DNA from: Actinomycetales bacterium
GTDB taxonomy: Bacteria; Actinomycetota; Actinomycetes; Actinomycetales; CAVURS01
Direction of reading: 5' to 3'
Length of the DNA stretch: 35,704 nucleotides
NCBI GenBank assembly: GCA_045807245.1
Contig: JBJMHS010000049.1
Coordinates: forward strand, 1 to 35,704
The translations under genes were made by a program, and so were the position numbers. The notes beneath the pieces are model-generated. The model was given only the letters and a program-made list of their open reading frames with translations. It was not told the origin of the DNA and searched no databases. Below are positions 1 to 9,449 of the stretch, piece after piece; position 1 is the stretch's first letter; every line of letters begins with the position of its first letter.

Positions 1-1127
1 AGCGCCGTGTTGCCGGCGCGGACGGTGTCATGGATGGCGGCCAAGGCACCGGAGACGTTGAGGTCGTCGTCCATCGCTTCGACGAAAGCCGTTGGCAGAG
101 AGTCGGTTCCGACGAACCAGTCACCCTCCGGCGCCGCCCGCAGGAGGAACCCCTCGATCCGGTCGACGGCCGCCTCGGCCTCGCGCAAGGACCCTTCGTG
201 GTACTCGATGTTCGACCGGTAGTGGGCACTACCCAGGTAGTACCGCAGGGCTATGGCTCGGGTACGCCGCAGGACCTCGGACACGATGAGCGAGTTGCCG
301 AGCGACTTGCTCATCTTCTCGTTCGCGATGGTGACCCAGCCGTTGTGCATCCACACCCGGGCGAAGCCGAGGCCCGCGGCCCGCGACTGCGCCTGCTCGT
401 TCTCGTGATGGGGGAAGCGGAGGTCGATGCCGCCGCCGTGGATGTCGAACGCGTCTCCCAGGTAACGCCGCGCCATCGCCGAGCACTCCAGGTGCCAACC
501 AGGACGACCGAGCCCGTACGGCGTCGGCCAGGCCGCAGTCTGGGGCTCGCCCGGCTTGTGGCCCTTCCACAGCGCGAAGTCGCGCGGATCGCGCTTGCCT
601 CGCGGGTCCGTGTCTTCGGCCGGTGCCATGTCGTCGATCGACTGGTGGGTCAGCTCGCCGTACGACGGCCACGACTTCACGTCGAAATAGACGTCGCCGC
701 TGCCATCCGCGGCCGGATAGGCATGACCGCGCTCGATCAGGTCAGCCATCAGCGTGACCATCTCGGTCGCGTGGCCCGTCGCGCGCGGCTCGTACGTCGG
801 TCGGCGTACCCCTAACGCGTCGTACGCCGATGCGAACTCCAGCTCGTACCGGTAGGCCCAGGCCCACCACGGCTCGCCGGCCTCGGCTGACTTGGCCAGG
901 ATCTTGTCGTCGATGTCCGTGACGTTCCGGACGAAGGTCACGCGGTACCCGTGGCCGGCCTCCAGCCAGCGCCACAGGATGTCGAAGGCGACTCCGCTGC
1001 GGATATGGCCGATGTGCGGCGCTGCCTGCACCGTCGCGCCGCACAGGTAGACACCGACGCGCCCGGGCTCGATCGGCTCGAAGTCGCGGACCTCACCGGT
1101 CGCGGTGTCGTACAGGCGCAGGCTCAC
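1..1127 (-). CDS. cysS: Cysteine--tRNA ligase (3' end runs off window)
   Basis: Manual translation from GTG at 1127: [18 protein letters not shown]...[13 protein letters not shown] (HIGH motif), [32 protein letters not shown]. Absent from the ORF track because there is no stop in the window. Confidence 0.97.
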   Translation of the reverse strand, partial: MSLRLYDTATGEVRDFEPIEPGRVGVYLCGATVQAAPHIGHIRSGVAFDILWRWLEAGHGYRVTFVRNVTDIDDKILAKSAEAGEPWWAWAYRYELEFASAYDALGVRRPTYEPRATGHATEMVTLMADLIERGHAYPAADGSGDVYFDVKSWPSYGELTHQSIDDMAPAEDTDPRGKRDPRDFALWKGHKPGEPQTAAWPTPYGLGRPGWHLECSAMARRYLGDAFDIHGGGIDLRFPHHENEQAQSRAAGLGFARVWMHNGWVTIANEKMSKSLGNSLIVSEVLRRTRAIALRYYLGSAHYRSNIEYHEGSLREAEAAVDRIEGFLLRAAPEGDWFVGTDSLPTAFVEAMDDDLNVSGALAAIHDTVRAGNTA

Positions 1128-1152
1128 CGGCCCAAGGCTAGCCAAGCCGCGG

Positions 1153-1545
1153 TCAGCGCGTGACGACGCGCTCCGGCGTGAGCCGCACGATGACCCGGCC
1201 GTCGATGATGCCGGTGAAGGGTGCATCGTCGTACGCGTCGGCCAGCTCGTGGATCAGCGAGCCCTCCGGGTCGTCCACCAGCGTGACCTGTCCGCGGATC
1301 TCGGCGTACCGCCCGGTGTCATGCGGATCGAACAGCAGCACCGTCGCCCTCGGGTCACGCGTCCAGTTCCGCGCCTTGCGGCGGCCGGCGAGCGTCGACA
1401 GGAGCACGTCGTCGCCGTCCCGCGTGACCCAGACCAGGCTCAGCTGGACGGTGCCGTTCGGTTCGATCGAGGACACGGTCGCGTGCACCGGCTGGTCGAG
1501 CAGGCGGCGAGCCAGATCGGACAACGTGTCGGTGGTGGTCGTCAT
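1153..1545 (-). CDS. PPOX-class (pyridoxamine 5'-phosphate oxidase-like) F420-dependent oxidoreductase
   Basis: 130 aa from ATG 1545; [53 protein letters not shown] are typical split-barrel PPOX motifs. Confidence 0.85.
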   Translation of the reverse strand: MTTTTDTLSDLARRLLDQPVHATVSSIEPNGTVQLSLVWVTRDGDDVLLSTLAGRRKARNWTRDPRATVLLFDPHDTGRYAEIRGQVTLVDDPEGSLIHELADAYDDAPFTGIIDGRVIVRLTPERVVTR

Positions 1546-1553
1546 GCCCGGTC

Positions 1554-1580
1554 CAACCCGGTCATCCGGCGCGGTATGCC
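1554..1580 (-). promoter_or_regulatory. Possible SigR/SigH-type promoter of the PPOX gene
   Basis: Minus strand reads GGCAT-N18-GTTG, 8 nt before the ATG; one mismatch to the GGAAT-N18-GTTG consensus. Confidence 0.3.
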
Positions 1581-1693
1581 CCGGCCCGGCGTTCCGCGCA
1601 CGAGGGCCAGCCCCTAGGTTTGGCGCGGACAACGGCGGCCCGCCGTCCGGATGATCGATGACCCGACAGACGATCTGACCGCGGAGGAGCGCA

Positions 1694-2788
1694 ATGCCGC
1701 AGACGGTGCAGGGTGTGGTCGCCATGGCCAAGGGGGCGCCCGTGGAGCTGGTGGACATCGTCGTACCGGACGCTGGACCCGGTGAAGCGGTCGTGACCGT
1801 CCAGGCCTGCGGTGTATGTCACACGGACCTGCACTACCGCGAGGGCGGCATCAACGACGACTTCCCGTTCCTGTTGGGCCACGAGGCCTCCGGGGTCGTG
1901 GAGTCCGTAGGCGAGGGCGTCACCGAGGTAGCGCCCGGCGACTTCGTGATCCTCAACTGGCGGGCGGTCTGCGGACAGTGCCGGGCCTGCCTGCGCGGGC
2001 GGCCCTGGTACTGCTTCAACACGCACAACGCACAGCAGCGGATGACTCTGGCCGACGGCACCCCGCTGTCGCCGGCGCTCGGCATCGGCGCCTTCGCCTC
2101 CAAGACGTTGGTCGCCGCCGGGCAGTGCACCAAGGTCGAGCCGCGCGTGAGGCCCGAAGTCGCGGGACTGCTCGGCTGCGGCGTCATGGCCGGGCTCGGC
2201 GCCGCCATGAACACCGGCAACGTCGGCCGCGGTGACACCGTCGCGGTCATCGGCTGCGGCGGCGTCGGCTGCGCCGCGATCGCCGGTGCGCGGCTGGCCG
2301 GCGCCAAGCGGATCATCGCGATCGACATCGACGAGCGGAAGCTCGACTGGGCGCGGGGCCTGGGCGCCACCCACGCGGTACCGGTCAAGGGCAGGACGGA
2401 CGACCAGGTCGTCGCTGCGATCCAGGAGCTGACCGAGGGCTTCGGCGCGGACGTTGTCATCGACGCCGTCGGACGCCCGGAGACGTGGCGACAGGCGTTC
2501 TACGGCCGCGACCTGGCCGGCACCGTGGTCCTGGTCGGGGTGCCGACGCCGGACATGCGCATCGACATGCCGCTGCTCGACCTGTTCGGCCGCGGTGGCG
2601 CGCTGAAGTCCTCCTGGTACGGCGACTGCCTGCCGACCCGGGACTTCCCGATGCTCGTCGACCTGCACCTGCAGGGGCGGCTCCCGCTGGACGCGTTCGT
2701 CACCGAGACCATCGGCCTCGGCGACGTCGAGGCCGCGTTCGCGCGGATGGGCCAGGGCGACGTCCTGCGGTCCGTGGTCCGGCTGTGA
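1694..2788 (+). CDS. mscR: S-(hydroxymethyl)mycothiol dehydrogenase / S-nitrosomycothiol reductase (Zn-dependent ADH)
   Basis: [71 protein letters not shown]; followed by the usual MBL hydrolase partner. Confidence 0.93.
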   Translation: MPQTVQGVVAMAKGAPVELVDIVVPDAGPGEAVVTVQACGVCHTDLHYREGGINDDFPFLLGHEASGVVESVGEGVTEVAPGDFVILNWRAVCGQCRACLRGRPWYCFNTHNAQQRMTLADGTPLSPALGIGAFASKTLVAAGQCTKVEPRVRPEVAGLLGCGVMAGLGAAMNTGNVGRGDTVAVIGCGGVGCAAIAGARLAGAKRIIAIDIDERKLDWARGLGATHAVPVKGRTDDQVVAAIQELTEGFGADVVIDAVGRPETWRQAFYGRDLAGTVVLVGVPTPDMRIDMPLLDLFGRGGALKSSWYGDCLPTRDFPMLVDLHLQGRLPLDAFVTETIGLGDVEAAFARMGQGDVLRSVVRL

Positions 2789-3426
2789 CCGTGCCGTCGT
2801 CACTGCGGGTCGACCACGGCGTGACCTCGGGCACGTTCAGCCTGGACGGCCGCACCTGGGACGTCGACAACAACGTGTGGGTCATCGGCGATGACGAGGA
2901 GTGCATCACGATCGACGCGCCGCACGACGCGGACGCGATCGCCACGATCATCGGCGGCCGGCGGCTACTGGCGGTCGCCTGCACCCACGCCCATGACGAC
3001 CACGTGCGGGCCGCGCCCGAGCTGGCCGACCGGCTGCATGCGCCGATCCTGCTGCACCCGGACGACCTGCCCCTGTGGGAGCTGACCCACCCGGACCGGC
3101 AGCCCGACTCCGACCTCGCCGACGGCATGAAGCTGACGGTCGGCGGCGTCGACGTCGACGTGCTGCACACTCCGGGCCACTCGCCGGGCTCGGTGTGCTT
3201 CCGGCTGGCCGATCATGGTCTGGTGTTCAGCGGCGACACGCTGTTCAAGGGCGGACCCGGCGCGACCAACCGGACGTTCGGTGACTTCGCGACGATCATC
3301 GACTCGATCCAGTACCGGCTCTTGACCCTGCCGAGCCAGACCGTCGTACGTCCGGGCCACGGAGCCGAGACGACGGTCGGGGCCGAGCTTCCGCACCTGC
3401 AGGAGTGGATCGACCGGGGGCACTGA
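2785..3426 (+). CDS. MBL-fold metallo-hydrolase (Rv2260-like partner of MscR)
   Basis: GTG at 2785 overlaps the mscR stop (GTGA); [34 protein letters not shown] motifs. Confidence 0.9.
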   Translation: MTVPSSLRVDHGVTSGTFSLDGRTWDVDNNVWVIGDDEECITIDAPHDADAIATIIGGRRLLAVACTHAHDDHVRAAPELADRLHAPILLHPDDLPLWELTHPDRQPDSDLADGMKLTVGGVDVDVLHTPGHSPGSVCFRLADHGLVFSGDTLFKGGPGATNRTFGDFATIIDSIQYRLLTLPSQTVVRPGHGAETTVGAELPHLQEWIDRGH

Positions 3427-5384
3427 TGAGGACGACGTCGCCGGACTTCGCGCGCGCAGTGGCCGAACTGGGCACCCTGGAAGGTGACGCCCTGCAGGCG
3501 CGGCTCGAGGCGTTCCTGCCCGACGCGCTGCCGGCGCTGCGATCGGTCTACGGCTCACGCACCGACCTGGATGCCCTCGTGTCGGACCTGCTCGACGTCG
3601 TGGGCCGCGCCGCGTGCGGTCGTTCGGACATCCTCAGACGGTTGGACCGCCGCCGCGAGATCGACCGGGAGTGGTTCCAGAGCGCGTCGATGATCGGATA
3701 CGTCGCGTACCCGGACCGGTTTGCGAAAACCCTTGCGGGAGTGAGGGACCGGCTCGACTACCTGGCCGAGCTCGGGGTGACGTACCTCCACCTGATGCCG
3801 CTGTTGAAGGCGCGCGAGGGTGACAACGACGGGGGCTACGCCGTCCAGGACTACGGCGCGGTCGATCCTCGCCTCGGCTCGATGGACGATCTCGAGCAGC
3901 TCGCCGCGGCCCTGCATGAGCGAGGCATGAGCCTGTGCATCGACCTGGTCCTGAACCACACCGCCGCAGAGCACGCGTGGGCCCGTGCGGCGGCAGCCGG
4001 CGACCCGGCGTACCGGGACTTCTACCTCATCTACCCGGACCGGACCGAGCCCGACCAGTACGAGCGCACGCTGCCCGAGGTCTTCCCGGACACCGCACCC
4101 GGCAGCTTCACCGAGGTGCCCGGCGTCGGTGTCGTCTGGACGACCTTCAACACGTTCCAGTGGGACCTGAACTGGGCCAACCCGCGCGTCTTCGTCGCGA
4201 TGGTGGAGGTGCTGCTCGACCTGGCCAACCGCGGCATCGACGTGCTGCGGCTCGACGCCGCCCCGTTCCTGTGGAAGCGGCTCGGCACGAACTGCCAGAA
4301 CCAGCCGGAGGCGCATCTCATCGTCCAGGCGTTGCGGGCACTGGTCCGCATCGCGGCGCCGGCCGTCGCGTTCAAGGCGGAGGCGATCGTCGCGCCGGAC
4401 GACCTGGTGCAGTACCTCGGGGCGCACGAGCACTACGTGCCCGAGTGCGACCTGGCGTACCACAACCAGCTCATGGTCATGCTCTGGTCGTCCGTGGCGA
4501 CACGCGACGCCCGGCTGGCCACCGTGGCCCTGCGCCGCCTGCGGCCGGCGCCGCCCGAGTCGGGCTGGGTCACCTACGTGCGCTGCCACGACGACATCGG
4601 CTGGGCCGTCTCGGACGAGGACGCCCGAGCCGTCGGGTGGAACCCGTTCGAGCACCGCCGGTTCCTCGCGTCGTTCTTCGCCGGCCGGACGGAGGGCAGC
4701 TTCGCGCGCGGAGCGGTCTTCCAGGACAACCCGGCGACCGGCGACGCGCGTACGTCGGGCAGCACCGCCGCGCTGTGCGGTCTTGAGCAGGCGGTCATCG
4801 ACGGCGACCCGGCGGCGATCACGGCGGGCATCCGCCGGCTGCTGCTGCTGTATGCCGTGGCCTACTCCTTCGGCGGGATTCCGCTGCTGTACATGGGGGA
4901 CGAGCTCGGGCTGTTCGGGGACGAGCAGTGGGCCAGCCTGCCGTCGCAGGCCGGCGACAACCGGTGGATGCACCGGCCGCACATGGACTGGGAGCTGGCC
5001 CGGCGCCGGCGTGACCCGGCGACGGTCGAGGGACGGGTCTTCTCCGGCCTCCAGGAGCTGGCGGCCACCCGTCGTACCGTCACGGCGTTCGGAATGGGCG
5101 GGGCCACCCAGCTCCTGGACGCGCCCGACCAGCGTCTGCTCGCATACCTGCGCACGCATCCGCGCGGCGACGCCGTACTCGTCGTGGCCAACGTGGGCGA
5201 CCAGGCAGTCAGCGTCGCGGCCGAGTGGGTGGCCAGCGCGCTGTGGGGCGCCGGAGCCGGGCGGCCCGGCGGGCTCACCCGGGCGATCCACCCGAAGCTC
5301 CTGCACGGCTCGGCCGACGGTCGGCTCGACGAGCGGCGGCTGGTCCTGCACGGCTCCGGCTACGCCTGGCTCACCCCCCGCTGA
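3426..5384 (+). CDS. GH13 amylosucrase-like alpha-amylase family glycosidase/transglucosidase
   Basis: ATG 3426 overlaps the upstream stop (TGATG); YLHLMPLL, NDGGYAV, DLVLNHT, LRLDAAPFLWK, FKAEAIV, YVRCHDDIGW, DNRWMHRP match amylosucrase-type motifs. Confidence 0.88.
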   Translation: MRTTSPDFARAVAELGTLEGDALQARLEAFLPDALPALRSVYGSRTDLDALVSDLLDVVGRAACGRSDILRRLDRRREIDREWFQSASMIGYVAYPDRFAKTLAGVRDRLDYLAELGVTYLHLMPLLKAREGDNDGGYAVQDYGAVDPRLGSMDDLEQLAAALHERGMSLCIDLVLNHTAAEHAWARAAAAGDPAYRDFYLIYPDRTEPDQYERTLPEVFPDTAPGSFTEVPGVGVVWTTFNTFQWDLNWANPRVFVAMVEVLLDLANRGIDVLRLDAAPFLWKRLGTNCQNQPEAHLIVQALRALVRIAAPAVAFKAEAIVAPDDLVQYLGAHEHYVPECDLAYHNQLMVMLWSSVATRDARLATVALRRLRPAPPESGWVTYVRCHDDIGWAVSDEDARAVGWNPFEHRRFLASFFAGRTEGSFARGAVFQDNPATGDARTSGSTAALCGLEQAVIDGDPAAITAGIRRLLLLYAVAYSFGGIPLLYMGDELGLFGDEQWASLPSQAGDNRWMHRPHMDWELARRRRDPATVEGRVFSGLQELAATRRTVTAFGMGGATQLLDAPDQRLLAYLRTHPRGDAVLVVANVGDQAVSVAAEWVASALWGAGAGRPGGLTRAIHPKLLHGSADGRLDERRLVLHGSGYAWLTPR

Positions 5385-5388
5385 TGAA

Positions 5389-5489
5389 GTGCCCTCCGAA
5401 AGCCGGTTTGCCCCCGGAAAGCCGCTCGCGACACCCAGATAGGCCGGTTGCGGCGGCTTTCGAGGGGTAAAGCAGCTTTCGGGGGGTAC
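5389..5489. repeat. Long imperfect palindromic element A (REP/REPIN-like; may also act as a bidirectional terminator)
   Basis: Left arm gtgccctccgaaagccggtttgcccccggaaagccgctcgcgac versus reverse complement of right arm gtaccccccgaaagctgctttacccctcgaaagccgccgcaac; GAAAG recurs at 5398/5417 and CTTTC at 5457/5476 (19-nt period). Confidence 0.85.
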
Positions 5490-5501
5490 CGAAACAGGGG
5501 G

Positions 5502-5981
5502 CTAGCGGGGTACGACGAGGGCGGTGGCGACGGCGGCGATGCCCTCACCCCGGCCGGTCAGCCCCAGGCCGTCGGTCGAGGTCGCCGACAGCGAGACCGG
5601 CGCCCCGCAGGCCCCCGACAGCGCCGCCTCGGCCTCGGCCCGCCGTGGCCCGAGCCGCGGGCTGTTGCCGATGACCTGGACCGCGATATTGCCGACCTCG
5701 TACCCGGCCGCCCGCACCCGGGCGGCGGCCTCGGCCAGCAGCGTCTGGCCGGACGCCTCGGCGTACTCCGGCTGCCCAGTGCCGAAATGCACCCCCAGGT
5801 CACCCAGGCCGGCCGCCGAGAACAGCGCGTCACAACAGGCGTGCGCCGCCACGTCAGCGTCGGAGTCGCCGGCCAGGGCCCGCTCGCCGGGCCAGGCCAG
5901 ACCGGCCAGCATCAGCACCCGGTCCACAGCCGTGCCCGGGGACACGTCGACGTACGGATGCACATCGACGCCCACCCCCAC
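5502..5981 (-). CDS. ispF: 2-C-methyl-D-erythritol 2,4-cyclodiphosphate synthase (start uncertain)
   Basis: [56 protein letters not shown]; first canonical start after the carD stop is GTG 5981, and the frame stays open to the CTG overlapping the carD stop at 6023. Confidence 0.9.
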   Translation of the reverse strand: MGVGVDVHPYVDVSPGTAVDRVLMLAGLAWPGERALAGDSDADVAAHACCDALFSAAGLGDLGVHFGTGQPEYAEASGQTLLAEAAARVRAAGYEVGNIAVQVIGNSPRLGPRRAEAEAALSGACGAPVSLSATSTDGLGLTGRGEGIAAVATALVVPR

Positions 5982-6019
5982 GCGGGGGAGGGCGTCGAAA
6001 TGTGGGCTGGAGCCTGCGC

Positions 6020-6502
6020 TCAGCTGGCCAGAACCTCGTCGAGGATGGCCTCGGCCTTGTCCTCGTTCGTCTTCTCTGCGAGCGCGAGCTCCGACACGAG
6101 GATCTGCCGGGCCTTGGCCAGCATCCGCTTCTCGCCCGCGGACAGGCCGCGGTCGTGCTCGCGGCGCCACAGGTCACGCACCACCTCGGCGACCTTGATG
6201 ACGTCGCCGGAGGCGAGCTTCTCCAGGTTGGCCTTGTAGCGGCGCGACCAGTTGGTCGGCTCCTCGGTGTACGGCGCGCGCAGCACCTCGAAGACCTTCT
6301 CCAGGCCCTCGGCACCCACGACGTCACGAACACCGACGAGATCGCAGTTGTCCGCGGGGACCTCGATGGTCAGATCACCCTGAGCGACCTTGAGAACGAG
6401 GTAGAGCTTGTCCTGGCCTTGGATGGTGCGGTTCTTGATCTCTTCGATCAATGCCGCTCCGTGGTGCGGGTAAACGACCGTCTCGCCGACCTTAAAAACC
6501 AT
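6020..6502 (-). CDS. carD: CarD family RNA polymerase-binding transcription factor
   Basis: [20 protein letters not shown]...[21 protein letters not shown]...[21 protein letters not shown] upstream of ATG 6502. Confidence 0.97.
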   Translation of the reverse strand: MVFKVGETVVYPHHGAALIEEIKNRTIQGQDKLYLVLKVAQGDLTIEVPADNCDLVGVRDVVGAEGLEKVFEVLRAPYTEEPTNWSRRYKANLEKLASGDVIKVAEVVRDLWRREHDRGLSAGEKRMLAKARQILVSELALAEKTNEDKAEAILDEVLAS

Positions 6503-6529
6503 GTGCTCTTTTCCCCTTTCGCGACCGCC

Positions 6530-6538
6530 AGGATACCA
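6530..6538 (-). promoter_or_regulatory. Extended -10 element of carD
   Basis: Minus strand TGG-TATCCT (TGn-TANNNT) about 28 nt upstream of the carD ATG. Confidence 0.5.
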
Positions 6539-6763
6539 CGCGGAAGCGCTTCTGCGCACCGTCGGAAGCCGCGTTTGCGCAGGTCAGAGGGCTAGTGGGC
6601 CGGACCTGGGTACTTGACAGACAGGCCCTCGGCATGCTTTGCGAGGCGGTGCGTACGCCGCCCGCTACGCTGTGCCCGCCACCTGCGCCGTCCGGTGACC
6701 TGCGTCCAGCGCGGGGCCGGAGCCAGGGTTCGCAGCACACGACAGCAGAGGGAGACGCCCGCC

Positions 6764-7363
6764 GTGAAGCGACCGTTCCGCCGGCCCGTCAGCCGGATGA
6801 GCGCCCTGGGAACCGTGCTGGTCGCACTGCTCGGATGCCTCGGCCTGGTCGGCGGCCTGGGGGGCTGCAGCGAGCGCTCCCCCATCCAGTCGGTCGAACC
6901 GTACGACCCGACCGACGGGCTGATCGTCAACCTGGGGTCACTGGCCGTGCGCAACCTCCTCGTGGTCTCGGCCGGCAGCGGCCAGCCGGGCGTCGTCTCC
7001 GGTGCGCTGGTCAACACCGGTACGTCGGACCTCAGCGTGAGCTTCACCGCACAGGGGGACAGCGGGACGTCGGCCCCCGTCTCCGTGCCGGCCGGTCAGC
7101 TGGTGCGGCTCGGCTCCGGCAACGGAGCGACCAGCGTGCAGTTCGCGACCGTCTCGGTGGCGCCGGGCGGTCTGCTCGCCGTCCGGGTGTCGACCCCTCC
7201 GACGGGCCCCCGCGTGCTCGAGGTGCCCGTGCTCAGCCCCAGCCGGGAGTACGCGACCATCACGCCCACACCGCAGCCGACGACGGCTCCGACGGACACC
7301 CCGACCGGCACCCCGAGCGACACCCCGACGGACACCCCGACCGACACGGGAACGAGCAGCTGA
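6764..7363 (+). CDS. Putative lipoprotein (LpqE-like position, divergent from carD) with Thr/Pro-rich tail
   Basis: GAGGGAG RBS before GTG 6764; basic N-terminus, hydrophobic stretch, lipobox LGG-C; PYDPTDG, LAVRNLLVV; tail TDTPTGTPSDTPTDTPTDT. Confidence 0.7.
   Translation: MKRPFRRPVSRMSALGTVLVALLGCLGLVGGLGGCSERSPIQSVEPYDPTDGLIVNLGSLAVRNLLVVSAGSGQPGVVSGALVNTGTSDLSVSFTAQGDSGTSAPVSVPAGQLVRLGSGNGATSVQFATVSVAPGGLLAVRVSTPPTGPRVLEVPVLSPSREYATITPTPQPTTAPTDTPTGTPSDTPTDTPTDTGTSS
7291..7348 (+). repeat. Intragenic 12-nt tandem repeat encoding (T/S)-(D/G)-T-P
   Basis: acggacaccccg accggcaccccg agcgacaccccg acggacaccccg accgacacg. Confidence 0.75.
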
Positions 7364-7380
7364 GCCGAGCCGCGGCTCAG
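7360..7380. terminator. Short hairpin spanning both convergent stop codons
   Basis: CTGAGCCG-agccg-CGGCTCAG, perfect 8-bp stem. Confidence 0.4.
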
Positions 7381-8057
7381 GGCTCGAACTTGTAGCCGAG
7401 CCCGCGCACCGTGACCAGGTGCCGCGGCGTCCCGGGGTCGGACTCGACCTTCGACCGGAGCCGCTTGACGTGCACGTCCAGCGTCTTGGTGTCGCCGACG
7501 TAGTCGCTGCCCCAGACCCGGTCGATGAGCTGGTGCCGGGTCAGCACCCGCCCGGTGTTGCGCAGCAGCAGCTCGAGCAGCTCGAACTCCTTCAACGGCA
7601 GGGCCACGTGCGCGCCGCCGACCGTGACGACGTGCCGGTCGACGTCCATCCGGACCGGGCCGGCCTCGAGCGTCGCCGGTGTCAGGTCCTCGGACTCCAG
7701 GCCACGGCGCAGCACCGCGCGTACACGGGCCAGCAGCTCCCGGCTCGAGTATGGCTTGGTCACATAGTCGTCGGCGCCGATCTCCAGCCCGACGACCTTG
7801 TCGATCTCGGCGTCCTTCGCCGTCAGCATGATCACCGGCACGCTGCTGCGCGTACGCAGCTGGCGGCAGACCTCCGTGCCGGACAGGCCGGGCAGCATGA
7901 GGTCCAGCAGCACCAGGTCGGCACCGGAGCGGTCGAACTCCTCGAGCGCAGCAGGCCCGGTCTCGGCGATCGCGACCTCGTAGCCCTCCTTGCGCAGCAG
8001 GTAGGACAAGGGGTCGCTGAAGGACTGCTCGTCCTCGACCACCAGGATCCGGGTCAC
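7377..8057 (-). CDS. regX3: OmpR-family response regulator RegX3/PhoP
   Basis: ILVVEDEQSFSDPL, LLDLMLPG, MLTAKDAEIDKVVGLEIGADDYVTKPYS, VWGSDYVGDTKTLDVHVKRLRSK; coupled to the kinase and next to phoU. Confidence 0.93.
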   Translation of the reverse strand: MTRILVVEDEQSFSDPLSYLLRKEGYEVAIAETGPAALEEFDRSGADLVLLDLMLPGLSGTEVCRQLRTRSSVPVIMLTAKDAEIDKVVGLEIGADDYVTKPYSSRELLARVRAVLRRGLESEDLTPATLEAGPVRMDVDRHVVTVGGAHVALPLKEFELLELLLRNTGRVLTRHQLIDRVWGSDYVGDTKTLDVHVKRLRSKVESDPGTPRHLVTVRGLGYKFEP

Positions 8058-9217
8058 AGCTCGTCCTCCTCAGGGTTGCGGCTGGTGACGGGCAGGTTGC
8101 CTGCGTCCGGCAGCCGCATGGTGAATGTCGCCCCCTGGCCTTCGTGGCTCCAGACCGTGACGTCGCCGCCGTGGTTGGCGCACACGTGCTTCACGATCGC
8201 CAGGCCCAGGCCGGTGCCGCCGGTGGCTCGGGAGCGGGCCGGGTCGACGCGGTAGAACCGCTCGAAGATCCGGGCCTGCTCGTCGGCCGGGATGCCGATG
8301 CCCTGGTCGCTCACCGAGACCTCGACCAGCCCGTCCACCCGCCGTACGCCGATCGCGACCCGGGTGCCGTCGGGCGAGTAGGCGACCGCGTTGTCGACCA
8401 GGTTGCGGATGGCCGTCGTGAGCAGCTCGGGGTTGCCGTACACCTTGGCCCCCGCGTCCGGCGAGACGGCCAACGTGATCTCGTGGGCGTTCGCGACCAG
8501 CCGGCACCGGTCCACGGCCTCGTTGACCACCGTGTCGACGGCAACCAGCTCGGGTGCGTGCAGCGTGTCAGCGACCTGCAGGCGGGACAGATCGACGATC
8601 TCCTTGACCAGCTGGGTCAGCCGCACCGACTCGTGCTGCATGCGCATGGCGAACCGCCGTACCGCCTCGGGGTCGTCGCTGGCGTCGAGCACCGCCTCAG
8701 CGAGCAGGGCCATGCCGCCGACCGGCGTCTTGAGCTCGTGACTGACGTTCGCGACGAAGTCACGGCGCACCTCCTCGACCCGACGGGCCTGGGTGCGGTC
8801 CTCGACCAGCAGCAGCACGTGGGCGATCCCCAGCGGCGCGACGCGGGCGCCGACGACGAGCCGGCCCCGACCGAGTGGACCACGGGCCAGCTCGAGCTCG
8901 GCCTCCCGGATGACGCCGTCGCGCCGCACGGAGCGAGCCAGCTGGAGGAGCTCGGTGTGGGTGATCTCCGGCCCGCGGACCAACCCGTAGGAGTACGCCG
9001 GGGGGCTGGCCTTGACGACGGCGTCCGCGCTGTCCAGCACGATGGCGCTGGAGCGCAGCACGGCCAGGACGTCCAGGACGCCGGCCGGGAGATCGGGCTC
9101 CGGCGCAGATGGCACGGCGTGCTGAACCCGTTCGGAGAAGCGGACGGCCAGGACGGCCCCGGCGCCCAGGGCCACCCCGACGACACCGGCGATGCCGGCG
9201 GCGAGCGTAGCGTCCAC
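8054..9217 (-). CDS. senX3: Sensor histidine kinase SenX3/PhoR
   Basis: GTG 9217; N-terminal TM; RRDFVANVSHELKTP H-box, NLVDNAVAYS, DQGIGI, FERFYRVDPARSRATGGTGLGLAIVKH. Confidence 0.93.
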   Translation of the reverse strand: MDATLAAGIAGVVGVALGAGAVLAVRFSERVQHAVPSAPEPDLPAGVLDVLAVLRSSAIVLDSADAVVKASPPAYSYGLVRGPEITHTELLQLARSVRRDGVIREAELELARGPLGRGRLVVGARVAPLGIAHVLLLVEDRTQARRVEEVRRDFVANVSHELKTPVGGMALLAEAVLDASDDPEAVRRFAMRMQHESVRLTQLVKEIVDLSRLQVADTLHAPELVAVDTVVNEAVDRCRLVANAHEITLAVSPDAGAKVYGNPELLTTAIRNLVDNAVAYSPDGTRVAIGVRRVDGLVEVSVSDQGIGIPADEQARIFERFYRVDPARSRATGGTGLGLAIVKHVCANHGGDVTVWSHEGQGATFTMRLPDAGNLPVTSRNPEEDEL

Positions 9218-9288
9218 GGGGAAAGGGTCGCACGGCCGGAGACCGTTTCTCACGCTCCGCGGCATGCCCGCAGCGGGCTTCCCCTGAT

Positions 9289-9321
9289 GTTCACCTGGGG
9301 GCCTGGGATCGTTCACGACCC
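9289..9321 (+). promoter_or_regulatory. PHO-box-like direct repeats between senX3 and phoU
   Basis: GTTCACC at 9289 and GTTCACG at 9311, 22 nt apart (2 x 11-nt units). Confidence 0.7.
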
Positions 9322-9449
9322 GCTGCGAGGCTCCCTCCAGGGCATGCTGACCTCCGGCATGCCCCCACTGCACCGTAGGGCGAGCCGCCGACCGGCAGCG
9401 CCGATCGGCACAGCGACCGGGACGTCGACGAAAGGACACGGGCGCCAAA

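Noticed and set aside
9340..9364. GGGCATGC-N9-GCATGCCC inverted repeat upstream of phoU
   Set aside because: Single short GC-rich stem with no independent support for function.
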